Positions 29,507-44,090 are shown, counted from the stretch's first letter. The stretch: DNA of 64,000 nucleotides from Octopus vulgaris (GCA_951406725.2 OX597814.1:19158001-19222000); one strand, 5' to 3'. Made by a program: numbers and translations. The notes: a model not told the origin generated them from the letters alone.

Positions 29507-29607
29507 AGCATTTATATTTATATATAAACAGTTATATTTATAATATATTCATTATTTATATATTGTATATATATAGAGATATATAATACACATATAATGA
29601 TAACAAT

Positions 29608-29674
<67 letters not shown>

Positions 29675-30708
29675 ATGTATGTATATGTGTATATAAAGAT
29701 CTGTGTAAAAGGAAAATGTACTAATAAAATAACATGAGAAGAGAAAATAAAGGAAGCAAAAAACGAAAAGAAACAAGAAAAGAAAGCATTACAAATGACA
29801 GACAGAAAGAAAGATTTCGGCTTGAGATAAGGTAAGATCTTCGTCGTTTTTCGTTCCAGATATTTATTCAGAAAATTCTCCCCACATCGATTCTTTTTCC
29901 AGTGCATCACAACTCGCCAAAGAATCGTCCATTTTTCTTATCTTTCCAATCAGTTACTTTCTATATCTGATAACCGAACTATATTTTTTTTACTTCTTCT
30001 CGTCTGCTTCTTCTGATTTTCTTCTTAATGTTCTTTCATAAAATATTTCCATTATTATCCTCCATAGTTTCCTCGAGCTATATTTCTGTTTGGTTTATTT
30101 TCGAATTTTGAGGGGGGGGTTTATTGTCTTTTTTTTTTCTTTGGCAATTTTTTTTTCCGTGGTGGGATGTTGTTAATATGTTTCTTTTATTCTTCTATGT
30201 ATTTCCGCCTTTTCTTTTTTTTATTCTTTCTTGTGCTTCGACATTCGTCTCTGTGTGTGTGTATACGTGAATACGTGTTAGCGTCTTAATGTATTTCTCT
30301 CAATAAGTATACACGTACGCATTCTTGTATGTGCCATTGTATCACTATGTGGGGATTTTTTTTAGGTTTGTTTTCTTCCCTAGAACGAATACCATTTCTT
30401 TTTGTCTTAGTTCTTATTTGCCCTTTCTCACATCACATATAGAAACTCTCACTCACTTCGTCAATTTCTCTCTGCTTCACCCATTTGGTTCTTCCTCTCT
30501 TTCGCATATATGCTCTCCTCTTCTCTGTCATTTCTTTCAATTTCTGATTGTCTCCTCGTTATTTCTGCATAAAAACAAATTATTTTTACATCCACAGACA
30601 GTCACACGCATGCTTTAACGTTGTATGTATATTTGCTTGTCAGTTCGTCCGGCCGTGGAATCGAGGAATTCAGAGTATCAGTGAAGAGTAACTGCAATAT
30701 CGAATAAA

Positions 30709-30747
<39 letters not shown>

Positions 30748-30820
30748 GTGTGAGTGTGTGTGTGTGTATACATATATATACATACATATATGTATATACA
30801 TATATTTATATATATATACA

Positions 30821-30960
30821 TAGCGGTTCGGCAAAAGAGAACGATAGAATAAGTACTGGGCTTACAAAGAATAAGTCCCGGAGTCGATTTGCTCGACTAA
30901 AGGCGGTGCTCCAGCTAGGCCGCAGTCAAATGACTGAAACAAGTAAAAGAGTAAAGAATA
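30821..30960 (+). mobile_element. SINE family A 3' fragment
   Basis: TAGCGGTTCGGCAAAAG...AAACAAGTAAAAGAGTA. Confidence 0.85.
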
Positions 30961-31556
30961 CATATATATATATACACGTATGTAGCGTGTGTGTGGATGT
31001 GTGTGCGTGCGTGTGCGTGTGCCTGTATATATATATATATATATGTACGTATGTGCATATGAAGCTACACAAACAGGATAGTCGCAATGCAGTAGATTTG
31101 CAGTTGGGAAAGAGCCTCTACTCCCTGCAATATACATCTGGAAGTTCCTTGAAGGACGTATTCACAACTTTAGCATTGAACGCTATACCTACAGCAGAAG
31201 AGGGTGACATTGCATAGTGACTTCCTTATAATCAAAATACCGGATCTGGTGTTGCAATCGTTTTATCATAACAAAGAATGCGTTGGAATGTGGTCATCTA
31301 GCATGCGGTTTGGTCGTCAAGGTCAACTGATCGGAATACTTCGGCATTTCATGAACTTTACCAGCAATGAGAATGAATTCCTCAGCAAGCAGAAAGTGCC
31401 TGTGAAAAATCTCATTTTCTGCTTGCTGATATCAAGGGTGGTATAATTTGCCATCTATACGACACCTGGTGCAGGTGCAGTGCTGAACCTGATGATGTTA
31501 AAGGTATCTGCCAGAAGAATAAACTCATCATACTAAAAAAATATATGTTAATAGGA

Positions 31557-31904
31557 TACTCTTTTACTCTTTTATTTGTTACCGTCATTTGACTGTGGCC
31601 ATGCTGGAGCACCGCCTTTAGTCGAGCAAATCGACCCCAGGACTTATTCTTTGTAAGCCTAGTACTTATTCTATCTGTCGCTTTTGCTGAACCGCATCGG
31701 ACAAACATATACACACATATACATATACATATACATATATACGACGGGCTTTTTTCAGTTTCCGTCTACCAAGTCCACTCACAAGGATTTGGTCGGTCCG
31801 AGGCTATAGTAGAAGACACTTCCCCAAGTTGCCACGCAGTGGAACTGAACTCGGAACCATGAGGTTCGTAAGCAAGCTACTTACCACACAGCCACTCCTA
31901 CGGC
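31557..31904 (-). mobile_element. SINE family A (internal deletion)
   Basis: Head and tail match family. Confidence 0.9.
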
Positions 31905-32995
31905 TATAACTTCTAACTTCTTTGATGCTTTTTGTTAGCTCTGGTGTAAGATGGTGTTAGAAAATACCAGAGAGTGAGATGAACTTCGAGATACGGTAAA
32001 GCTAGCAGAAATGGTAGATGTCGAGTGATCTGTTGCAGCTTCGTCGATATCTCGAATGTGCCCAATCAGCTTCTCACCTAGGCTCCACTGCAAGTCTTGC
32101 TTACAAACTACTGGATACGAGTAGTTGCTAGTGTGGATGAATGGATGGCAAAATAAAATACTACAAGATCAGAATTAAATAATAAATAGATAATTTAAAT
32201 GAATAAACGAACATATGAGTGAATAAGAGTGTGAATAATTGAATAATATTAACCAGCAGGACCCGTGAATATTTCATGGAATTAATGCTATCCCCAAAAC
32301 CTGAAACCGTAGCCTGTGTTGTGTCTGTATCATCTGCTATCATTGAAAAGTAAAGGAAATTGGAATACGAAAATTACTTAATGCACTTTATATTCCTTAT
32401 GCACAATTTTATAGACTTAATACACAACACTCTCCCTCTTTTTCTCTCACTCTTCCCCTTGCCCGCTTTTTCTTTCTCTTTTTCCTTTCGCTCTTCGCTT
32501 TTCTTTAAAGTAATCAAGTGAAAGCATTACGGATGGGCTAAGTAACGGAGCAATAATCACCCTCCCATTCCTCTACTCTATCGTCCCTTCAATTAATCAC
32601 GTGGAAGCGTCACAGACGGGCTAAGTAACGGAGTAACAAGCAGATTTATTATAAGATAAGTAGCCGAAAGAATTATATGCGGAACGTGTAAAAAGTAGCA
32701 CAAATGAATGAGTGAATATAAGAAGGAATATATGAATTAATTCAAAAGTACATGTGCATGAATGAATGAGCAAATATACAGTTTTTGATGTTCGGAAGCC
32801 GGGTTTAGTCGCTTACATCCACAGCGGTGCATGACTGGTACTTGATTTTATCGAAGGATTTGAACTCAGAACATAAAGATATGGAATAAATGTTGTAACG
32901 CATCTTCTTGGTTTCAGATATTTATTCAGAAAATTGTCCCCATATCGATTCTTTTTCCAGTGCATCACAACTCGCCAAAGAATCGTCCATTTTTC

Positions 32996-33081
<86 letters not shown>

Positions 33082-33469
33082 GTTATCATTATATGTGTAT
33101 TATATATCTCTATATATATACAATATATAAATAATGAATATATTATAAATATAAATGTTTATATATATATATATATACATAAATGTTGAAACTGTAATGA
33201 TTCTGCCTTAGGAAATGTATTAAAGTGTGAAAGGCACATAATGTGGTAGCTAAGTTGTTAGATTTACTGTCGTATGTTCAGTTCTTATATTGGACGGTGC
33301 GATTTGTGCTCAAGAAAAGAACCTTCTTTCATGTTGATCCAGTCCGCCATCGCCATCATCGTTGCTGTCTTCGTCGTCGTCATCATTATCACTGGTGTTG
33401 CCACCTTCATCACCGCCCTCATTGAGAAGGGCATACACGTTGATAAATATAAAAGTACGTAAAGCATGT

Positions 33470-33505
<36 letters not shown>

Positions 33506-33532
33506 TACACACCAGAAACATACAAATACAAA

Positions 33533-33945
33533 GCAGCGAGCTGGCAGAAACGTTAGCACGCCGGGCGAAATGCTTAGCGGTATTTCATCTGCCGTTACGT
33601 TCTGTGTTCAAATTCCGCCGAGGTCGACTTTGCCTTTCATCCTTTCGGGGTCGATTAAATAAGTACTAGTTACGCACTGGGGTCGATACAATCGATTTAA
33701 TCCCTTTGTATGTCCTTGTTTGTTCCCTCTGCCTGTAGATCCTTGTGGGCAGTAAAGAAATAGGTATTTCGTCTGCCGTTACGTTCTGAGTTCAAATTCC
33801 GCCGAGGTCGACTTTGCCTTTCATCCCTTCAGGGTCGATAAATTAAGTACCAGTTACGCACTGGGGTCGATATAATCGACTTAATCCGTCTGTCTGTCCT
33901 TGTTTGTCCCATCTGTGTGTAGCCCCTTGTCGGCAGTAAAGAAAT
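33533..33945 (+). mobile_element. SINE family B dimer
   Basis: Junction GAAATAGGTATTTC at 33757-33770. Confidence 0.9.
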
Positions 33946-33999
33946 AAGGAACATACAAACACACACGCAATGTCACAAGCACATACAAACACACACACA

Positions 34000-34430
34000 C
34001 GTAATAGCAACAGTAAAAACTGTAGCAGCGCCACCAACAACGGAAATGACTACCAGCACAACTCTGACGACGACGACGACGAAGACGACTACGAAATGAG
34101 TAAAAATACCAACGATGAAAACATTTAACAACCAAAAACAAGAACAACAACTGTAAAAGCAACCACAATATGCAAGCAACTACCAAGCCACAAAGAAAGA
34201 CAGCATGGAGAACAATGACAACGGCAGGAGCAGCAGCAAACCACAACAACAACAACACAAAAAAAACCCAGCAACAACAACAACAATATGTGACCAGCTA
34301 AGCGGTCCACAACGAAAGACAGCAACAACAGCAGCAACAGCAGAACCTGCAACAACAACAACCCCAACAATAATAACAACAAACACAACCATGACAACGC
34401 CTACAAATACAACAACTTCAAACACAGCGT
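34000..34430. repeat. Degenerate (CAA/GAC/GCA)-rich low-complexity tract
   Basis: Direct reading. Confidence 0.85.
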
Positions 34431-34738
34431 ATCAAAGACAAATGGCAAACGGAAGAATCATCAGAATTGTCTTCATCTGGTTTAATCCCTGTCAAAGCTG
34501 TTCACGATCAACGACATTGCCAGAAACAGGATAATCACCATCTAAATCCCATCTTATCGTTCCTTTATTATCATCTATTCTCTTCTCTGCTATTTCTTCC
34601 CGCCGCCATTTTCTTCTCTCCTTTCTTCTTTCCTTTTCTTTTTCTCCATTCCTTCCCTTTATACGTCCTTTTATTTTCTTCATTTATATATTTTTTTTAT
34701 TCTTGCTAGTCTTTTATCGTTTTTGAATTTTTTCCCGT

Positions 34739-34846
<108 letters not shown>

Positions 34847-35023
34847 TATATACGTATACATATATATATATGTGTATATATATGTGTATATATATGTGTA
34901 TATATGTATGTATGCTTGTGTATATGTATGTATGTACGTATAAAACAGAGCGAGTGAGAGACATGTACACACACTTATAAACATAAGCATGCATTTACAC
35001 ATGCGCACACATATTTGTCTATG

Positions 35024-35057
<34 letters not shown>

Positions 35058-35240
35058 GTTGAGCGTGTATGCATGCACGCGTGTGTCTGAATGTGTGTGC
35101 GTGTGTGTATGTGTGAATATAAATAAATGCTTGGGTATGTGCGTATGAACGTGCGTTTATACATTTGTATACATATATATGCTTTGATGAAGACAAATAC
35201 TCATATGCATATATACATATACATGCATGCACACACACAT

Positions 35241-35294
<54 letters not shown>

Positions 35295-36489
35295 CGCAAT
35301 ATATATATATATATATATATTGCGTTCATCTTGGCTGTTGTTTTTTTTTTTACGTGCTGGCCATACCAAAATCCTTGTTTTGCAAATGAAAATGGTATTG
35401 GTTGGTGCCAAGAATTTATCCTTCCAGTTTTGTTCCTTCCCTTTTTTATTATTTCTTCTTATAGCAAAGGTTTGGATGGAAATAAGCCAACAAAGCTGCT
35501 GTTAAATGCATACACACACACACACACACACATACACACACGCACACACATACGCACACGCATATGTACACATGACGTACATGCGCGAACCCATCGCTCA
35601 CGCACACATGGCCTCATATAGAAACTGTCATACAGTCATATACGCATCACATTTTTTTCTGTATCGATGTACGCACGCATTTATGTATGCATTTACGTAT
35701 GTATTTATATATATATATATATATGACATTTTATATGTGCATATGAGTATGTGTACATGTGTGTATGTGTATGTTTGTAATGTCTTTATGTGTTTTAATA
35801 CGGATTCTATTCCTGATAGTAGTTTTCGAATTCATTTTGAGTGAACGCCTGCTCGGTGGCAAGGTTTTAGACAAAAAGAATCCAAAACAAAAAGAAAAGG
35901 TAAATATCTTGTTCTTTTTATCATTCGTTGACCAACCATTCACTCCTAAAATGTAAAAAAGTTCTACCGTTAGTTATTTTCCCAGATAGGACTACCATCT
36001 GTATCGTATGAATTATTAAGCCACAGTTTTCTTCCTAGAATCTGTTTAGAAATACTGGCATCTATGTGGGTTGCTATGTAGTATCATGTACCCCTAATAA
36101 TGACGGGTATAAATTTGAAAGCGCATTTTGAGCAATAGGCTTGGAAACTCCTACTTCCAGTTAACTGCCAAGTTTTTAATTTCGTGTCCCTTAACAGCAA
36201 TATCATGTCAAATATGTTTCGGTTTGGATGTTCCTTCGCATTTTGTGTTTCTCCAATATCCTCTAGATCAGTTTGTTATTCTGTGTTTGAATTCAATGAA
36301 TATTGCGTTTATTTATTTGCTACTTACTAATTGTTCTTCAAAAAACGGTTTATCAGTCGATAATGGTTTCTTCAAAATCATTATGGACCGATCAGCCGTT
36401 TTTGTTACCGTCCAACGGGGCAAAAGTTTGAGAGAAAGAGATTTTTCAGAGGTGTAAAATAACGTTCAAAATTTTGTTAAGGTTATGTC

Positions 36490-38138
36490 TGGAGATATTT
36501 AATAGAAATTATAGACACCAGTGATTTTGAGCCAGTTTTAGCACGTGTCTACTGCTCTTAGCAACAGACGTGTGAGCCAGAAAGTGGTGACGCTGCTGAG
36601 AAATGATCCGAAGGAGGAGGATGAGATTGAAAACTTCAGGCCCATATCACTATTCAGCAGAGAGTTAAAGACTTTAAATAAGGTGCCCACCAAGAAGCTG
36701 GCGCTTGTTGTCAATAGAATAATCGGGTATGCACAAACATGTGCAATACGCACTAGATCTATCCACGACAATCTTCACCTCATACGATACATTGTTGCAC
36801 GGGTAGGCAATAGGTGCACAGGTCAATTTGTACCAATCCAAAGTTTTTGACATAGTGGACCATCACTCTCTGGTGTCTGTCTTAAAAGCTGTCAGTTTCA
36901 TCCTGTTTTCAGTGGCTAGACCAGCACAATATTTAATGGCTTCTCTTCGGCTGTCAAATTGAATGGCCACCTCTCGGAACCTTTCAGTATTGAACCCTCG
37001 GTACGCTTAGGATGTCTCCTCACCCCGCTTATATATATTTTAGCCTTAGAACTCTTGTTGCAAAGAATGGAAAATTTGAAGAGTATCCCGCGGGAACTAG
37101 GTCTCAGGAGAGCAGTGTCCCATACGCAGACGATGTCACTGTCATGATATCGGACTCTTCAGACATAGAAAGGATCGACACAATATTGAAAGAATATCAG
37201 GAATGCATAGGAGCACTCATAAACCAGGACAATTCAGTAGGTCTGCAACTAAGCTCTTGGAGAGGAAAGTTGACTAACAACGATTTCTGTCGCTGGACAG
37301 AGAGTCCGGTGAAAGTGCTCGGATTTTGGTTAGGATCAGATGTCCAAGTAGATAGGAACTAGAAAGAGGTCATGACTAGGGTGACCAAGCTACCCATAAA
37401 TGAGCAGAAAGGAAGCTGTCGCTGAAAGGCCTGCGGAAATAGCGAAAGTATATATCGCTTCGGTAGTATATTATCGCCTAATCGTCGTACCTTTTCCTAA
37501 CAAAACTCCGATTCTTATGGAAGAGTTAGGTTCTGTTGATCAGAAAATCCATCTGCTATTAACACCCACAACGTGGTGGTCTTGAGAGTCCATCCTTAAT
37601 GATGCACCGTCATGCTTTGAGGCTGTCGCACCTACACAAATATCTAAATCACTGCGATGATGTGGACAACAACGACAACGAAAATAAGAGTGAACTAGTG
37701 TAGGCATCTTTTGTGCAACACATCTTTCGGCAGCTCATCTGATAGACAGAGTTGCAGTCACGGGTCAAACGTAGAACAAGATTGGGTGTTTGACTTCTAG
37801 AATATTGCCAGGCGCTCGCTGCATTGTACCAGCTGCCCAAAACTGTTAGCTGGAAAACAACCCAAGATTTCTAAAGGGGGTAGCTCAGGGTATGAGGGTT
37901 TCTCCATTATCCCTTGAAGCTTTTCTATATCAGGAGGGCCACACCTCTATCATCCTCTCCACCAATTGTTTTAAACATTTGTATGCTGTGCATATGCCTC
38001 TTTTTTTAGTGTGTACCATGTATACTTAATTTCTTTCCTTCCACTTTTTAATCATTTCATTATATGTAAACCCCTACATTTTATGTCCGTGTTTGTATTG
38101 TCCCCGTCATTCATCGCCCTTGTGGCAAAAAAATGAAA

Positions 38139-38140
<2 letters not shown>
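36490..38140 (+). pseudogene. Decayed Tx1/L1-clade LINE: RT domain to 3' end
   Basis: NFRPISLFSRELKTL, AQTCAI..RSIHDNLHLIR, NGHLSEPF..SVRLGCLLTPLIYILALELLL, YADDVTV, GALINQDNS; many frameshifts; 3' end GCCCTTGTGGCAAAAAAATGAAAT. Confidence 0.88.

Positions 38141-38199
<59 letters not shown>
38141..38199. repeat. (ATT)n microsatellite between two LINE 3' ends
   Basis: Direct reading. Confidence 0.98.
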
Positions 38200-38201
<2 letters not shown>

Positions 38202-39545
38202 GTTTGACTTTTGCTTTATGTCTGTACAAGTTGGCTCCAAGTCTCGCCCAGAGACCTCAAGAGACAACAGGTTGGAAGTTCACGTTGTTGTTATGCCTAG
38301 TGTGCCATATAATTGGGGGTGGGGGTTGTAGTAGTAAATGTCTAATACATAAATTTTAAAAAAAAGTTTGTTTTAAACCTTGGGATTACATAGAGAGTAT
38401 TTTGCGTAGGATATGAGCAGTTCCCATGAGCACTATCTTTTGAATTTCTGCCATTTTGGGGTTTCCTGGTATCTGAGTTAGGTAGCAATCAGCCCCTTTC
38501 GCTATCATTCCCAGGGCACCTATGACAACAGGTATTGTTTTAGTCTTCAGGTTCCACATTTTGCTGATTTCTATTTCAAGATCTTTATATTTGTTCAGTT
38601 TTTGGTAGGTCTTGACAGATACGTTTATATCGATTGGGACAGTCATATCAATAAGGAGGCATGTTCTTTGTCTGAAGTCTTTCAATATGATGTCAGGCCT
38701 ATTTGCATCTATCTTTCTGTCAGTTTGAATGGTGAAGTTCCAGAGGAGTGAGATGTGGTCATTTTCAAGCACTGGAGGTGGATTGTGTTCCCACCAGTTT
38801 TTTTCATGATTTTTGCAAATTACCCAGTGAATATATTGTGCAGCTCTATCATGCCTGCATTTGGAGACAACATGATCAATGGTTTCATTTTGTTGTCGGC
38901 ATACACGACATGTTGGGCTACTACCATTCTTTAATATGTTGGCCTGGTAGTTTCTTGTTGGTAGGCATTGATCTTGAGCTGCTATGATAAACCCTTCTGT
39001 TTCAGATTTTAAGCCAGAGGCCATTAGCCATTGATGGATCAGGGCTTTGTCAATATCTGCATAATTCGCTCTCTTTGGGTATTTGCCATAGAGAGGTTTT
39101 TCTTACCATTTATTATTCAGAATATCTAGGGCCGCAGTTTTGGCACGGGTTTTCATGCGCCTAGCTTTTTCTGTGCTTGTTTCTTGTATGTCTATCTCTA
39201 ATTCCGAAATTTGTGGTATTCGGAATTCACTTAGATATTCCTTTGCCTGTTTTGTTACTGAGTATGATGCTTTCTTGTTTTCATGTTTTGAGACAAGTTT
39301 TAACATTCAGTCCTTAGAGTTTTTCAGGTAGGTGTCTAGGCCAATTGTAGCAATCTTCATTGTTATTGCCAGTTGCAAAAGACCACGGCCTCCCTCTTTT
39401 CTTGACAGATAAAGTCGTTCTATATCTGCCTTGGGGTGGTGCATTCTATGCATTGTCAACAGTTTTCTTATTTTTCTGTCGAGCTGACATATTTCAGTAA
39501 TTGACCAGTTAACAATATTGAAACTGTAAGTCACGACTGGTATGG
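38200..39545 (-). pseudogene. R4/Dong-clade non-LTR retrotransposon 3' part: RT thumb, CCHC knuckle, restriction-like endonuclease, 3' UTR
   Basis: AIPVVTYSF..LDRKIRK..RLYLSRKEGGRGL; ETEGFIIAAQDQ; CRVC..ETIDHVVSKC; RHD; NRPDII..LLIDMTVP; KLNKYKDL; PVVIGALG; one frameshift, one stop; ends in (TAA)n. Confidence 0.92.
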
Positions 39546-39900
39546 CCATGCTGGAGCACCACCTTCAGTCGAGCAAATCGACCCCAGGACTTATTCATTG
39601 CAGGCCTAGTACTTATCCTATCAGTATTTTTTACCGAACCGCTAAGTTACAGGGACGTAAACACACCACCATCGGTTGTCAAGCGATATTGGCGGGACAA
39701 ACACAGATACACAACATATACACACATACATATATACGACGGGCTTCTTTCAGTTTCCGTCTACCAAATCAACTCCCAAGGCTTTGGTCGGCCCGAGGCT
39801 ATAGTAGAAGACATTTGCTCAAGGTGCTACGCAGTGGGACTGAACCCGGAGCCATGCAGCTGGTAAGCAAGCTACTTAGCACACAGCCACTCCTACGCCT
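39543..39900 (-). mobile_element. SINE family A (3'-truncated) abutting the Dong remnant
   Basis: Family match. Confidence 0.88.
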
Positions 39901-39977
39901 TGCTCCTCATTTTTTCTTTTACACCTTTTGCCATCTATTCTGGGATTCCCTTATACGCTGCTCAACGAGACAACTTG

Positions 39978-40335
39978 CTTATGATGATGATGATGATGAT
40001 GATAATGATGATAGCGCCACCAATGGGGTAGAAGTCCACGACAACGGGCAACCAGCCACGCAGTCGACGAAGAAACAGACGACAGCAACGACGCAGTCGA
40101 CGAAGAAACAGACGACAGCCACGACGCAGTCGACGTAGAAAGAGTCGACGGTGATTGCAACGGCAAAGGCGACGAGGGCGATCACGACGACCACGACTAC
40201 GAAGGCAGCAACGACTACGACTAATGCGACGAGGTCGACGACAACAAAGGCAAAAACGACAACGCGACAACAGCGAAGACGACGACGATGGTGATTATGA
40301 TGATGATGATGATGATGATGATAACGATGATGTTA
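39978..40335. repeat. (GAT/GAC) low-complexity tract with a 33-bp minisatellite (~3 units, 40055-40150)
   Basis: ACGCAGTCGACGAAGAAACAGACGACAGC repeated. Confidence 0.9.
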
Positions 40336-40550
40336 ACGCTATCGTTTATCCATGCTACTGCTGTCTCCCTTGATACCGAAGCAAGGGTCTCAGCGAAGAA
40401 TTTTCTCATTAGAACGTCTGCATGTACAAAATCGACCGGACTGATCTCGACTACAAATACGCAAACACATATACACATATCAACGCAAGCAAATACTAAT
40501 TCGACATATATATATATATACACACACACACATATATATAGATATATATG

Positions 40551-40581
<31 letters not shown>

Positions 40582-40684
40582 ATATGTATATGTGTGTATA
40601 TATTTATATATACACAGATATATCCGTATATATATATATATATATATATACACATACACACACACATATATATAGATATATATG

Positions 40685-40719
<35 letters not shown>

Positions 40720-41467
40720 ATGTGTGTGAATGTATATGTATATTTATATATACACAGATATATCCGTATATATATATATATATATATATATATTTACATA
40801 CATATATTCCTATAATATATATACATATATATATATTATAAATATATGTCTGTATATGGGTATGTGTGTGTATATATATATGCATGTAAATATATATATG
40901 TGTATATATACACATATATGTATATATTCACATGCATATATATGTATATATATGTATGTATATATACGCATACACATACTCACACACATATACCTATATT
41001 AATATATATATAAGTATATATATTTGTCTAAATATACACGCACACGCACATATATAGGTATGTGTGTGTACATATATATATATATGCGCATAGACATACT
41101 CATAAGAATATCTCTATATTAAGATATAAATATACGTACATATGGATACACTCGTTTATAATTACTTTCATACACATCTCACTTCTCTCTCACCGTGTCT
41201 TTACTTCGCTGTTTCTTTATCCTACCCTCTCCCTCTCTCTTCCTCTCACTCTCTCTCTCTCTCTCTCTCACTCTCATTCACTAGCATATTTATGTATGCA
41301 TACATGCATTCTCATATATAAATATACATGTGTGTGTGTGTATATTTCAAACTGTGATTTGGTAATGTATAATCATGCACTTCTCTGTGTGTGTATGTGT
41401 GTGTGTGTGCATGTGTGTGCGTGCATATATGTGTGTATGTACGTGTATATGCATTTGCGTGCAGGTG

Positions 41468-41502
<35 letters not shown>

Positions 41503-41571
41503 TTCTCTATATAAGTATATTCTACACATTCTACACACCACCACACAGAATTTGAGAGCAACTGCGCGCAG

Positions 41572-41639
<68 letters not shown>

Positions 41640-42526
41640 ACATACGCACGCACAAGGGAACGTATGAGCCTATGAGCTTGCAAATATGGCGCTGATATTT
41701 CCGCCATTCCAATAAGCGCCATCTTACAATATTCCGAGCTGCTATACACCATCAAAGTCCGTCGTTTCACACCGTCATCTTGCAATACCCTATGGCCGTT
41801 AGAGGAAATTACAAAATGCGCAGCAGAGCAGACTTTACACCACTCGTGTTCACCAACAGCCTGCTTTCTTATCGTATCGATGACAGCATGGCATCGTAAG
41901 AGACTTCGCTCTGTGGTTTCTGTTTCCCCTTTTTTTTTCCCTATTATTTAGTCTTTATTTTTTTTTTGCTATTTTTTTTTCGGTTTAGGGATTCTGCTCT
42001 TGTGTTCATAAGTGTCTTTCCGAATGCCTATATCTGTTTTATATATGCAGCAGTATGATAGAATGTGTGTATGGATGTGTGAGTGTGTGTGAGTGTGTAT
42101 GCGTGTCTGTGCGTATGCGTGTGTATGGATGTGTGAGTGTGTGTGAGTGTGTATGCGTATCTGTGCGTATGCGTGTGTATGGATGTGTGAGTGCGTGTGA
42201 GTGTGTATGCGTATTAACTATGTTACATATTATAGAGATAGGTGAGAAATTCGTCAAAAGCAAACACGCGCGCACACGCACACACCTATGTACATACGCA
42301 AACACTCAAACACATACGCATGCTTGCATACACGCACATACGCACACGCCTCAGCATGGCCGCAGTCTAATGACTGAAACAAGTAAAAAAAAAGAAAGAT
42401 ATCTGTATATGTATGAATTTATATATGTGTGTGTGTCTGTTAGTGTGTATGCGTGTGTGTACGCACGCCTGTGTATATATGTATATATATATATATCATA
42501 TTTGAAATATATATATATATAAGATA

Positions 42527-42617
<91 letters not shown>

Positions 42618-42699
42618 CATGCATATTTGCCTATATACTTGAGTATGTACAATTATATACGCACTCACGTACAGACATTTTATTATTATTTTTTTTACT

Positions 42700-42930
42700 G
42701 GAAGCTAAAAACCTCTGAAATAGTTATTCCGACTTTTTTCATTTCCGATCGTCAGACCACGGTGATGGATAGAAAAAAAAATCCAAGATATATAACAGTG
42801 AAGCAGAAACATTTGGAAGTTCATCAATAGATTTCATTGAGTTCTTGCAAAAGTCTGTTAGACTCTATTTTTTCTAAAAATAATACCTGCAAAAGAATCT
42901 TGTAGTGTATACGTAATGACGAATGCGTTT
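42700..42930 (+). mobile_element. Possible mariner transposase C-terminal relic
   Basis: Frame fragment SDFFHFRS resembles the mariner PSDY/FHLFRS motif; very decayed. Confidence 0.2.
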
Positions 42931-43189
42931 AGAAAAGCTGCGTCTAATCAAATGTTCAGGTCTCACATATAAAATAAATGCAAGTGATATATAATGATAT
43001 AGCATTTTTCCGATGGCCGGATAAATGAAGAGATGGCGGCGTGGATTTCCACTTCGGCATCCGAAACTCGGAGTTTTATCAGGTATCAGGGCTACCGAAT
43101 AACTGTCACATATTACATGTTCAGATAAATTCCTCTATTTACATAATATCGAGGTCTCTTTCATCCTTTTGTCGCCTTACCATTTTTAT

Positions 43190-43265
<76 letters not shown>

Positions 43266-43270
43266 GTATG

Positions 43271-43302
<32 letters not shown>

Positions 43303-44090
43303 TGTATGTATGTATGTATGTATGTATGTATGTATGTATATAAAGAGAGAGACCAAGACTTTGGTCGGCTCAAGACTATATAGTAGAAGACTTTTGCTCA
43401 TTGTACCATGCAGTGGATCTGAACCCAGAACCATGTAGTTCGGAAGCACGCAACTACGCCAGCGCCAAAATGATGATGCGGTACAAATAATTTCAGATGA
43501 TTTCTATCGAAACTATCATAGATTTTCAAGGTATTACACATCATCATTTCTTTCATTGCTTCTTTCGAAATGTATTATCGATATATTTTTCACAATAATA
43601 ACGTGGCAGCATCCAATTATAAAGAATTACCTATAATTATTTGTTGATCCCTTTTTATGAGTTATAATCAGATCAAATATTAACAGTTGTGGTCATCAGT
43701 TTTACCCTGCAATCTATCGAATGTGTTCGGTTAGAAAAATTGATTATGGGTCAGAAAATACTTAATATATTAGCTATTGCTCCAACCGAGTTCAACTTTA
43801 TTTTCATGCTTTGGCGATGGATAAAATGAACTATTATTTAAGTACTGATATAGGTGATATCGACCAACCCCTCAAAATTGTTGGTGTTGTGCCTAAGCCA
43901 CAAGCAATTATTTCTCCTATCGGGGCGTTTTTCTCTTCACGTAGCAAGGATAGTGCTTGTGTTTAATGTGTTACGAGTTTGTATGTATCCTGTGTTAGGG
44001 GACATGACCCAAAAGCTTCAAGATAGGTAGAGAGGACAAAAATCACATGATGTCGGTGATAAAACGAGCGTGGGATGAGGTCCATTACCT

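Noticed and set aside
31950-32160. Minus-strand acceptor followed by a ~70-codon open frame
   Set aside because: No homology recognised and no linked upstream exon
32530-32640. 16-bp direct repeat GGGCTAAGTAACGGAG spaced 83 bp
   Set aside because: Only two copies; consistent with a trivial local duplication
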